This document shows, piece by piece, positions 42,490-50,452 of a DNA stretch of 64,000 bases. The position numbers and the translations under genes are program-made. The stretch is from positions 8,133-72,132 of the forward strand of contig CAYIEN010000002.1 in assembly GCA_964362535.1 (NCBI GenBank), in the 5' to 3' direction. Origin of the DNA: an uncultured Methanosarcinales archaeon (lineage in GTDB: Archaea; Nanobdellota; Nanobdellia; Woesearchaeales; ARS49). The notes beneath the pieces are model-generated. The model ran no database searches and was not told where the DNA came from. It saw only the letters and a list, made by a program, of their open reading frames with translations. Position 1 is the first letter of the stretch; each line of letters opens with the position of its first letter.

Positions 42490-43004
42490 CGAACTATTTT
42501 ACGTGCACGGGGGATGCTGGTGAGTCGGGTATTCAGTTTCAGCGGTTGCAAAAGACGGATCCGGTGTTTGCCGCGATTGGGTGTGTTGATGAATTGAATG
42601 CTTCGTTGGGTGTTGCGTTGGCGTTTGTGGAGGATTTGCCTGTCAAGGAAGTGCTTGTTTCGACGCAGAATGTGTTGTTTACGGTGGGCGCGGAGTTAGC
42701 CGGAGCGGCGAAGGTGCGCATCACGGAGCAGCACGTGACTGATGTCGAGACTGCCGTGCATAACTTTTCTCAGGGTCTTAAAGAGCAAACCACGTTTTTG
42801 TTACCGCAGGGCACGAAGTCTGCTGCGTTTTTGCATTTGGCACGAACGATTTGTCGTCGAGCAGAAAGAAGTGCGCGAGTTCTCCATGAAACAAAGCCAG
42901 TGAATAATGAATTGTTGCGTTACTTGAATAGATTGTCATCATTGCTGTTTGTGCTGGCGAGATACGAAAATAGAAACAGCAATGAAGTCGCGCCGAAATA
43001 TTAA
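42486..43004 (+). CDS. pduO: PduO-type ATP:cob(I)alamin adenosyltransferase
   Basis: TGDAGESG, AIGCVDELNASLG, QNVLFTVGAELA, FLLPQG, LHLARTICRRAER and YLNRLSSLLFVLAR. Confidence 0.85.
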   Translation: MTNYFTCTGDAGESGIQFQRLQKTDPVFAAIGCVDELNASLGVALAFVEDLPVKEVLVSTQNVLFTVGAELAGAAKVRITEQHVTDVETAVHNFSQGLKEQTTFLLPQGTKSAAFLHLARTICRRAERSARVLHETKPVNNELLRYLNRLSSLLFVLARYENRNSNEVAPKY

Positions 43005-43696
43005 ACCGGCACTTGTATTACCAATACTTCTGATGCTTTTAAAGCGGCGAACGTGAGTTGTTTTGCATCGGTGATTGCAAGAGCGTCTCCAGGAGTGAGT
43101 TTTTGTCCTTCTATTTTTAATTCGCCGCTGATGAGAAACGCGAATGTGCCTTTGTTCGGGTCGGTTTTTAATTCGAGCGTGTGTTTGGCGGTGAGGTTGC
43201 CGATGTGCAGGGTGGCGTCTTGGTGGATGAGTGCGGTTTTTGGTTTCTTGACAGCTGAGGCAATGAGTGTGAATGTATTTAGTTTGAAATCAAATGCGTG
43301 TTGTTCGTAACTCGGTGTCAAGTTTTCTTTTGAGGGTTCTATCCAGAGTTGTAATAAGTGGACGGGTTTCTTGGACTTATTCATTTCGGAGTGTAAGATG
43401 CCGGTTCCTGCAGTCATGCGTTGGACGTTGTTTGTTTCAATGGTTCCTTTGTTGCCCATGCTGTCTTGGTGCTCTATTTCTCCAGACAGCACAATCGTGA
43501 TGATTTCCATATTTGCGTGGTCATGCATGCCGAAGCCTTTTCCAGCAGCAATGATGTCGTCGTTAAGAACTCTCAGAGCGCCGAATTCATTCCGTGCGGG
43601 ATTGTAATATTCGCCGAAGCTGAAGCTGTGTTTGCTGTCGAGCCAGTCGAGTTTTGTTTTGCCGCGCTCGTTTGCTTTGTGGAGGGTGAGCTTCAT
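43001..43696 (-). CDS. pirin family protein
   Basis: HSFSFGEYYNP, GFGMHDHANMEIITIVLSGEIEHQDSMGN and QRMTAGTGILHSE (cupin metal site). Confidence 0.85.
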   Translation of the reverse strand: MKLTLHKANERGKTKLDWLDSKHSFSFGEYYNPARNEFGALRVLNDDIIAAGKGFGMHDHANMEIITIVLSGEIEHQDSMGNKGTIETNNVQRMTAGTGILHSEMNKSKKPVHLLQLWIEPSKENLTPSYEQHAFDFKLNTFTLIASAVKKPKTALIHQDATLHIGNLTAKHTLELKTDPNKGTFAFLISGELKIEGQKLTPGDALAITDAKQLTFAALKASEVLVIQVPV

Positions 43697-43807
43697 GGTG
43701 AAAGAGGGTGTGGGGAGCTATTTATGTCTTGTTCAAATGATTGAGTGTGTGAAATGTAGCGTTTGCAGTTCTGAAATCTTTTTATACTGCTATTTGCATG
43801 TAGAAGT

Positions 43808-44605
43808 GTGCTCACTGACAAATTGAAGGGATTGTTTAAGCAGGATAAGTTTGTTCTCGGTATGATTCATTTGACTGGTAATGATAAGATGGCGCGCGTT
43901 CGTGAGGAAATCTCGATTTTTGAGGAAGAACAGTTTGATGGCGTGATTGTTGAAAATTTGCATGGCGTGGTGGAGGAAGTGCGTGCGGCGCTGATGGAAT
44001 TAAGGTACGCGTCGATTCCGGTTGGTGTGCGGTTGAATGACGTGTCTGCTGATGAGGCGTTTCAGCTCGCGTATGGGCATAATGCGAAGTTTTTGCAGTT
44101 GTCGCACGTTGCTGGTAAGTATGTGGAGGCGCCGAAGGGGATTCCTGATACGTTTGAGACGACGCGTAAATCGTTTTCGAATATTCCGGTGTTGGGAGGT
44201 GTGCATCCGAAGGGGTTCACACCGTTGCCTGATTCGTGTTTGGAGACAGAGATTATTGCGGGAAAAACGAGGTCTGATGGGATTGTGGTGACGGGCGAAA
44301 CGATTGGTTCAGAGACTCCGATGGAGCGCATTGTGCAGTTTCGGGAATATCTTTGTGGGCATCCGTTGATTGTGGGGTCTGGTGTGACGGTGAATAATGT
44401 GTACCGGCAGTTGCAGGTTGCGGATGGTGCGATTGTTGGAAGTTACAGTAAAGTGGGTGGTGTCCTTGAGAATCCTGTTGATCAAGGACGCGTACAGGAA
44501 CTGATGAGTGTGGTGATGCAGTTGCGTGCGGATGAAGAGTTAAAAAAGCAAGAAATAATGAAGAATTCTGAAAAAGAAACTAAATTATTGTCGCCGACTC
44601 AATAG
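43808..44605 (+). CDS. BtpA/SgcQ family protein
   Basis: FVLGMIHLTG ... FDGVIVENLHG resembles the BtpA TIM-barrel family. GTG start about 25 nt after the TTTTATAC box. Confidence 0.5.
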   Translation: MLTDKLKGLFKQDKFVLGMIHLTGNDKMARVREEISIFEEEQFDGVIVENLHGVVEEVRAALMELRYASIPVGVRLNDVSADEAFQLAYGHNAKFLQLSHVAGKYVEAPKGIPDTFETTRKSFSNIPVLGGVHPKGFTPLPDSCLETEIIAGKTRSDGIVVTGETIGSETPMERIVQFREYLCGHPLIVGSGVTVNNVYRQLQVADGAIVGSYSKVGGVLENPVDQGRVQELMSVVMQLRADEELKKQEIMKNSEKETKLLSPTQ

Positions 44606-45110
44606 TGATGTCTTTGAGTGGTTTGTCGTCTTCGTCGCGTGCAGAGTTAACAATCGCGTCAACGACGTCCATTCCTTTGATGACTTTGCCGAAGACTGGG
44701 TGTTTTGCGTTTAGGAAGGTGTTGTCTTTGACGTTGAGGAAGAATTGCGAGCCACCAGTGTTGGGTCCTGCGTTTGCCATTGATATTGTTCCGCGTGCGT
44801 TGTTGTTTTCTCGGTTGAATTCGTCTTTGATTTCGTAGCCCGGACCGCCTGTTCCATCGCCGCGAGGGTCGCCGCCTTGGACCATGAAGTTTGGAATGAC
44901 TCGGTGGAAGATGGTTCCGTCGTAGAAGCCTTTTGCAACTAATGATTTGAAATTACCTGCAGTAATGGGCATGTCATCGTACAATTTGATGGTGATGTCG
45001 CCGGCTGTTGTTTTGAGCAGTACTGTTGTTGACATGGTTCGTTCTCCGTCGACGTTTGCGACAGGTGCGCAGGCGGTAAGCAATAGCACCAATAATATCA
45101 GCCTCTTCAT
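44580..45110 (-). CDS. cyclophilin-type peptidyl-prolyl isomerase, lipoprotein
   Basis: Lipobox LLLTAC. FYDGTIFHRVIPNFMVQGGDP, GTISMANAGPNTGGSQFF and HPVFGKV. ATG at 45110 with a TTTTTATA box centred 26.5 nt upstream. Confidence 0.85.
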   Translation of the reverse strand: MKRLILLVLLLTACAPVANVDGERTMSTTVLLKTTAGDITIKLYDDMPITAGNFKSLVAKGFYDGTIFHRVIPNFMVQGGDPRGDGTGGPGYEIKDEFNRENNNARGTISMANAGPNTGGSQFFLNVKDNTFLNAKHPVFGKVIKGMDVVDAIVNSARDEDDKPLKDITIESATII

Positions 45111-45204
45111 GAGGTGGGTAACAAGGAAATGGTATAAAAAGCATGCGGTCACAAAAGAAAATCATCCTCATACCTTTATAAAGGGAGTATTGGTTTGTCG
45201 TCAT

Positions 45205-45663
45205 ATGGAACCAGAACAATACTTGTCAGCGTTCATGAACCGCATTCGCACGTTTGGGTTGTACCAGTCGAGCGATTTTGTGGCGCAGGAAGTGTTTCCT
45301 GACGGAACGTGGAATGTGCGATATGTAGGTATTGACGCGGAAAGATACGCGAATGTGCCGGGTGAAGATCTCAATAAGGTGAACACCGTTATGCTGAACG
45401 TGCACCATCAGGGGCAGGAGCACGTGTGCGATATTGTTTCGTTGTGGCTGAACCCGTCGTTTCGCAACAACGGCAAGAATCGGGGTGTGAGAGGTTACGG
45501 AACGCGTTTGTTGGATTGTGTTGAGGGTTTTGCGCAGGATGTATATTGCACAATCGTTCGCGTTCAGCCAGCGGACATTGCCGCAAAAATCGGTTTTTAT
45601 GCAAAACAGGCATATGTCCCGCAAGGTCATGACCACATAAAACGTTTCGTGCGTAACGCTTAA
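45205..45663 (+). CDS. hypothetical protein, possibly a GNAT-like acetyltransferase
   Basis: LWLNPSFRNNGKNRGVRGYGTRLLDCVEGFA resembles GNAT motif A. The ATG at 45205 is 26.5 nt from the TTTATAAA box centre. The track ORF start at 44947 is antisense to the PPIase gene. Confidence 0.35.
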   Translation: MEPEQYLSAFMNRIRTFGLYQSSDFVAQEVFPDGTWNVRYVGIDAERYANVPGEDLNKVNTVMLNVHHQGQEHVCDIVSLWLNPSFRNNGKNRGVRGYGTRLLDCVEGFAQDVYCTIVRVQPADIAAKIGFYAKQAYVPQGHDHIKRFVRNA

Positions 45664-45700
45664 ATAACGAGTACTTTCTCTCAATAGTGGGGTGTTTGTT

Positions 45701-46294
45701 ATGTATGAACCGAAAAATTATGATCACTTGTTAGGTATTCAGGGTTTGAGCGATCAGCTCATGAAGAACCACTTTACGCTGTACCAAGGTTACGTTACGA
45801 ACGTCAACAAGCTCCAAGACTCAATTGCAAAGATGGTTGCGGCTGGTACGTTTACTCCGGAATTTGCGGAATTGAAGCGCAGATTTGGGTGGGAATTCAA
45901 TGGTATGCGTATGCACGAAATATTCTTCCGTATTCTCAGCAAGACGGCAAAGCCCATTGACAGCAAAAACAAGTTCCACGCAAAGGTTGTGAAACAATTC
46001 GGTAGTTGGGAAACGTTTGAAAAAGAGCTGAAAGCCATCGCGACGATGCGTGGCATGGGCTGGACAGTAACTTACTATGATATTGCGACGGACAAATTAA
46101 TTAATTGTTGGGTGAATGAACACGATGTTGGTCATTTGGCAACGTGCGCCCCGATTTTCTGCATTGATGTCTTCGAGCATGCGTTCATGATTGATTATAA
46201 CTTGAAGCGCGCGGATTATGTTGACGCAATTATGAAGAACGTTGATTGGTCTGAAGTGGAAACGCTATTGCATTTGGTGGGTGGATTGAAATGA
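45701..46294 (+). CDS. Fe/Mn superoxide dismutase family protein (divergent)
   Basis: NHFTLYQGYVTNVN, FNGMRMHEIFF and DVFEHAFMIDY correspond to the SOD metal-ligand regions, but the KHH motif is altered. GGGGTG SD 7 nt before the ATG. Confidence 0.55.
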   Translation: MYEPKNYDHLLGIQGLSDQLMKNHFTLYQGYVTNVNKLQDSIAKMVAAGTFTPEFAELKRRFGWEFNGMRMHEIFFRILSKTAKPIDSKNKFHAKVVKQFGSWETFEKELKAIATMRGMGWTVTYYDIATDKLINCWVNEHDVGHLATCAPIFCIDVFEHAFMIDYNLKRADYVDAIMKNVDWSEVETLLHLVGGLK

Positions 46295-46617
46295 GTGAAA
46301 ATTATTTGTTGGTGTTGAAGCACGTTAAGAATGACGTGTGGTACGGTAATGTTTCAACGTGTGTGCTTCCGAAAACAACGCAGATGCAGGATTTTTGCGC
46401 ACACCAGTCAAGAACGGGTGATGCGATTTATGCTGCGTTCATAATAGGAAAAGCCGATGAAAAAAATCTGAGTGATGTTCGTATGCAGCTCTATAACGCA
46501 GCACAGGAGCAGGGCAAGGCTTCACCTTCGGAAAAGGAACTTGTTGCAGGGATTAAGAAGTCATGTAAGACTGCGAAATTAGTTCCGTTGGAAGAGTTAT
46601 TGGCTGGTGCTGCGTGA
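46291..46617 (+). CDS. hypothetical protein (108 aa)
   Basis: ATGA overlap with the SOD-like gene. No recognised family. Confidence 0.45.
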   Translation: MSENYLLVLKHVKNDVWYGNVSTCVLPKTTQMQDFCAHQSRTGDAIYAAFIIGKADEKNLSDVRMQLYNAAQEQGKASPSEKELVAGIKKSCKTAKLVPLEELLAGAA

Positions 46618-46889
46618 GCGACCTGTACCGTTTGTATCTTGTGAAGGAGAAGGATCGTCCTGAGTTTGAGTATTTGCACCCGTCAAAGACGTTTTTGGCT
46701 GGAGGTCAGGAGCTCGTTTCGGGCTTACTTGAAGGTCGTCGTGTTATTGTCGAAAAGGAAGTTTCGGAAGAAGAGTTGCCGCGCATTATTGAGGAGTTGA
46801 ACAAGCGTAATAAGGCGGTTGCGCAGGGCGCTATTTTTTTGACGGCTGAACTGGAGAAAATTGTTGATGACCATTCTCAACCTGTTTGA
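46614..46889 (+). CDS. hypothetical protein (91 aa)
   Basis: GTGA overlap with the previous gene. No recognised family. Confidence 0.45.
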   Translation: MSDLYRLYLVKEKDRPEFEYLHPSKTFLAGGQELVSGLLEGRRVIVEKEVSEEELPRIIEELNKRNKAVAQGAIFLTAELEKIVDDHSQPV

Positions 46890-47190
46890 TTCGTTGCAGG
46901 TGTGCCGGTACAGAGAGCCGAATCTGTTTGATGTGTATGCCGGGGCGGTAATCAGAAAAAGCGAAAACAGTGTTGAGTGTATTCCGTATGTGGTGACTGT
47001 GCCATCTGGGAAAGAGCAGTATGTTGTGGGATTGTCCGTTTGGTTTTCTAAGCGAGATGTGTCTGCTGGTGAAGCGCAGTGTTTGCAGGACAGAGTTACA
47101 AAGTTGTTTGTGAGAATGTCTCGTGAGCGTTTGCAGAGATTGTGTGAGAAAAATCAGAGCGCAACGCCAAGCAGTGAACCGATTGCGTAG
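46867..47190 (+). CDS. hypothetical protein (107 aa)
   Basis: ATG at 46867 overlaps the previous gene by 23 nt. The 3' end overlaps the convergent VIT1 gene by 37 nt. Confidence 0.35.
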   Translation: MTILNLFDSLQVCRYREPNLFDVYAGAVIRKSENSVECIPYVVTVPSGKEQYVVGLSVWFSKRDVSAGEAQCLQDRVTKLFVRMSRERLQRLCEKNQSATPSSEPIA

Positions 47191-47867
47191 CCTGCGAGTG
47201 CCGATATCATTCCGATGAGCATCATGGCGAGTCCTGATTTCCACCAGGTTCCAATGGTGAGTTTTGCTTTGTATGCTCCGGTTAAGAACAAAACAATGCT
47301 GCATACAATTACCGACGCAATCATTGCGGGGACAATAGGCATTAGAAAGAATGGAATGATGGGGATGATGCTTCCTATCATGCTGGCGGCGAAAACGATT
47401 AATGCGCTGGAAAGTGCAGTGGTGATGGGCGCGGACATGTTGAGTTCTTCGCTCATCATGGTTAAGAGCCAACGGCGTTTTGATGATGAGATGCGTTCAA
47501 CAATTTTAGCAAGTAATTTCCCCTTGAGTCCTTTTTTTGCGAAAATGTATTTCAATTCGGCTCGTTCTTCAGTAGGATGTTTTTGTATTTCGTGGAGTTC
47601 TTTTTGTTCGAGGCTTTTGTAGTAGGCTTGCGCTGCTTGCGTTGAAGTATACGCGACAGCGCCCATGGAGATAGATTCGGCAAAGGTTGATGCAATGCCT
47701 GCGATGATGACGATTTTGGGGTCGTTCGTAGCGGAAGCAACACCCAGAACAAGTCCGAGTACGTTTACAACGCCGTCTTGTCCGCCGAGAATGATATCTT
47801 TGAGTTTGCTTGCCAATCCATTGTTGTGCAACAGGTGGTCTGCGCGGTGTGAATCCCTCTTTATCAT
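47154..47867 (-). CDS. VIT1/CCC1 family iron/manganese transporter
   Basis: ILGGQDGVVNVLGLVLGVA, FAESISMGAVAY, a cytoplasmic helical insert, and C-terminal TM helices. Confidence 0.8.
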   Translation of the reverse strand: MIKRDSHRADHLLHNNGLASKLKDIILGGQDGVVNVLGLVLGVASATNDPKIVIIAGIASTFAESISMGAVAYTSTQAAQAYYKSLEQKELHEIQKHPTEERAELKYIFAKKGLKGKLLAKIVERISSSKRRWLLTMMSEELNMSAPITTALSSALIVFAASMIGSIIPIIPFFLMPIVPAMIASVIVCSIVLFLTGAYKAKLTIGTWWKSGLAMMLIGMISALAGYAIGSLLGVAL

Positions 47868-47930
47868 GGAAGGTTCTGAGTTTGTGGCGTATTTAAACGT
47901 TTTTAAACAAACGACTGAAAAAAAAATGAA

Positions 47931-50003
47931 CTAGTAAGAACACTCTGTAGGACTGCCGCCTGAATATTCGGTCGAAACGGCCAATTTTTCTTCTTTTATT
48001 TTTCCTACGGTTGTTACGTGTCCTTTCTTGCTGCCGTTTCGGAAGATGGTGACGTTTTTGCAGTTGAGTTTGTGCGAGAGTAAATATGCTTTTTTGACGT
48101 CTTCAACAGTTGATTTCTCAGGCAGGTTGATTGTTTTTCCGATGGTGCTGTCGCAATGTTTTTGGAATGCTGCTTGCATTTTGATGTGGGCTTCAGGAAC
48201 AATATCGGATGAAGCCATAAATAGTCGTTGAACGTCTTTCGGTACTTCTTTGAGGCCTTGCACGCTTCCTTTGTGGGCGATTTTGAGCATGAGCGCTTTT
48301 GAGTAAAATTCTTTTTCACGCGCGATTTCTTCGAAGACAGGATTGACTTCAAGGACGTGCATGCCGTTTGCTACGTCGCGTAAGAATGCAACGGCGAATA
48401 AGGGTTCGATGCCGGATGTTGCGTTGGTGAGTGCGCTGATGGTTCCGGTTTGGGCAATTGCAGTGACGGTTGCGTTGCGCGTTCCTTTCAGCGTGCGTTT
48501 GTCTTTGGTCCAGGAAGATAATGAAAAGTTGGGGAAGCTTCCGCGTTTAACACTTGATTCGGTTGATGTTTTGCGTGCTTCGTCGTTGATGAACTTCATG
48601 AGTTTCTCGGCGAATTCGAGCGCTTTCGGAGAATCGTAAGGCAATCCTAATTTGATGAGCATTTCGGCGAAGCCCATGATTCCGAGTCCGATGCGTCGAT
48701 TTGCTTTGGTGACTGCTTCAATTTGCGGAAGAGCGTATTTGTTTGCGTCAATGCTGTTGTCTAAAAAGTGAATTGCGAGTTTGATTGTTTCAGTAAGGCG
48801 TTCCCATTCGGGTTTGCCGTGCTTGACGAATTTGGAAACGTTGATGCTGCCGAGAGTGCAGGATTCAAAAGGATGCAATGGTTGTTCGCCAGAAGTTGAT
48901 TCGATGTTTCCTAATGCGGAAGTTTGATTCGCGCGATTAATGCTTTCGATAAACAACAGTCCGGGTTCTCCTGTCATCCATGCGTTGTGGGCAAGTAAAT
49001 CGAAAACTGTTTTCGCGTTGAGTTTTCCGGTTTCTTTGTGCGTGTGCGGGTCAATGAGTGAGTATTCTTGGTTTTTTTCGACGGCTTTCAAAAAGTCGTC
49101 TGTGACTGCGACGTTAAAATTTATGTGAGAAAATGCTCCTTCTCGGAGTTTTGCGTTGATAAAGTCAAGTATGTCCGGATGGTCGATGCGAAGCACGGCG
49201 GTGTTTGCTCCTTTGCGTTTGCTTCCTTGTTTGATGACGTCGGTTGCGACGTCGAAGACGCGTAGAAAGCTTAAGGGTCCGGACGAGTGACCTTTCGTGC
49301 TTTTGATGAGCGAGTTCTTCGGGCGCAAATGACTAAAGGAAAATCCTGTGCTTCCGCCGCTTTGGTGAACTAAAGCCATCGTTTTGACTGATTCAAAAAT
49401 GTCGGATAGTGAGTCGCCAACAGGAAGTACAAAGCAAGAAGATAGTTGTCCTGCGTGCGTGCCTGCATTCATGAGTGTGGGTGTGTTTGGCAAAAATTCA
49501 AGGGAAGAAAGTGATTGATAGAATTTTTCTTCGGTTTTTTGCGTGTTGGATTTCTGGTCGTACGTTCGATCAACATGAGCAATAACTTTTGCGACGCGGC
49601 GGAACAATCGAGAAGGTGTTTCGACAACGGCTCCTTCGTCGTTGCGTAAGAGATAGCGGTCTGCTAAAACCGTAATAGCGTTCGAGCTTAATCCGAGGTC
49701 ATCGCGTACGCCGTGATACGTTCTGAATTCTTTGACTTTGTTGGTTAAACGGTAAGAGTGGTATGCTTTCACAGCATCGAGGAGTTTGTTTTTGGTGAGG
49801 ATTTCTTCGACAACGTCTTGAACGTCTTGTGCGGTTGGCGCAATAGTGAATTGTTTTTCGAGGAGTTGTACGACTTGTTCGGCGAGTTTTTTTGCTTTGG
49901 GCTGTTCTTTTGGCTTCAAAGCTGCGTGGATGGATGCCACAAGTTTGGCTGGCTGGAAGAGTTCCCAGACGCCGTCTCGTTTGAGGATTTGTGTGATTTT
50001 CAC
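47931..50003 (-). CDS. class II RNR (NrdJ)-like protein with ATP-cone but a degenerate radical-site motif
   Basis: GTG start. ATP-cone (ILKRDGVWELF...), SSCFVLPV, GGSTGFSFSHLRP and GEQPLHPFESCTLGSINV. The expected N-P-C-G-E motif reads S-T-S-G-E (codons on 48885-48899). Confidence 0.85.
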   Translation of the reverse strand: MKITQILKRDGVWELFQPAKLVASIHAALKPKEQPKAKKLAEQVVQLLEKQFTIAPTAQDVQDVVEEILTKNKLLDAVKAYHSYRLTNKVKEFRTYHGVRDDLGLSSNAITVLADRYLLRNDEGAVVETPSRLFRRVAKVIAHVDRTYDQKSNTQKTEEKFYQSLSSLEFLPNTPTLMNAGTHAGQLSSCFVLPVGDSLSDIFESVKTMALVHQSGGSTGFSFSHLRPKNSLIKSTKGHSSGPLSFLRVFDVATDVIKQGSKRKGANTAVLRIDHPDILDFINAKLREGAFSHINFNVAVTDDFLKAVEKNQEYSLIDPHTHKETGKLNAKTVFDLLAHNAWMTGEPGLLFIESINRANQTSALGNIESTSGEQPLHPFESCTLGSINVSKFVKHGKPEWERLTETIKLAIHFLDNSIDANKYALPQIEAVTKANRRIGLGIMGFAEMLIKLGLPYDSPKALEFAEKLMKFINDEARKTSTESSVKRGSFPNFSLSSWTKDKRTLKGTRNATVTAIAQTGTISALTNATSGIEPLFAVAFLRDVANGMHVLEVNPVFEEIAREKEFYSKALMLKIAHKGSVQGLKEVPKDVQRLFMASSDIVPEAHIKMQAAFQKHCDSTIGKTINLPEKSTVEDVKKAYLLSHKLNCKNVTIFRNGSKKGHVTTVGKIKEEKLAVSTEYSGGSPTECSY

Positions 50004-50041
50004 GACGATAAGAAGGGGAAAGGTGCTTAATAAACATTACT

Positions 50042-50127
50042 TATTTTCTATATAGAAAATATATTCGGGACTATATATATGATGAACGAAGTCCGAGAGT
50101 ACATAATTATTTGCTATATAGAAACTT
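50042..50127. promoter_or_regulatory. 20-bp perfect palindrome plus a 17/20 second copy and a third CTATATAT box upstream of the NrdJ-like gene
   Basis: TATTTTCTATATAGAAAATA (50042-50061), ACTATATATAT (50070-50080) and TATTTGCTATATAGAAACTT (50108-50127). The centres of boxes 1 and 3 are 66 bp apart. Confidence 0.4.
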
Positions 50128-50356
50128 ATTCGTTGGTTACGTGAATACAGTTGACGGGACAAATTTCCTCTGCTTCTTTGCTTTTGTCCATCTTCGCAAC
50201 AGAGCGTTCTTCGCGTACGCCTTCAGCTACTTTGTGGTGTTTTGATTCTTTTAAATCCACGAAATTATCATCGGCCATTTCCCAGCGGTCAGGATCTACC
50301 GCAACGCAGCTACCGCAACCGATGCATTTCCAGCGTTCGTGAACAATCTTAATCAT
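50126..50356 (-). CDS. small ferredoxin (single Fe-S cluster type)
   Basis: MIKIVHERWKCIGCGSCVAVDP...EEICPVNCIH (CxxCxxC...CP). ATG at 50356 with a TTTATAAT box centred 26.5 nt upstream. The track ORF is over-extended. Confidence 0.7.
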   Translation of the reverse strand: MIKIVHERWKCIGCGSCVAVDPDRWEMADDNFVDLKESKHHKVAEGVREERSVAKMDKSKEAEEICPVNCIHVTNE

Positions 50357-50452
50357 GCTGTTTCTACCGTTTAGAGGGATTATAAAGTTTATGGAGTGTT
50401 GTCTAGAAGTAGACAGCGCGTGATTAAATGCGGAATTTTCGCAAAGAATGTC

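Noticed and set aside
44947-45204. 5' extension of the 45205 gene proposed by the track (ORF 44947..45663)
   Set aside because: The extension is antisense to the cyclophilin gene. A TTTATAAA box centred 26.5 nt upstream of the internal ATG at 45205 supports the shorter gene.
46831-47472. 213-aa minus-strand ORF spanning the 46867 gene and the VIT1 3' region; similar cases at 53120..53740 and 57858..58505
   Set aside because: The products are Arg/His-rich shadow frames. They overlap better-supported genes (VIT1 motifs, lipoprotein signal peptide) and have no start-site signals.
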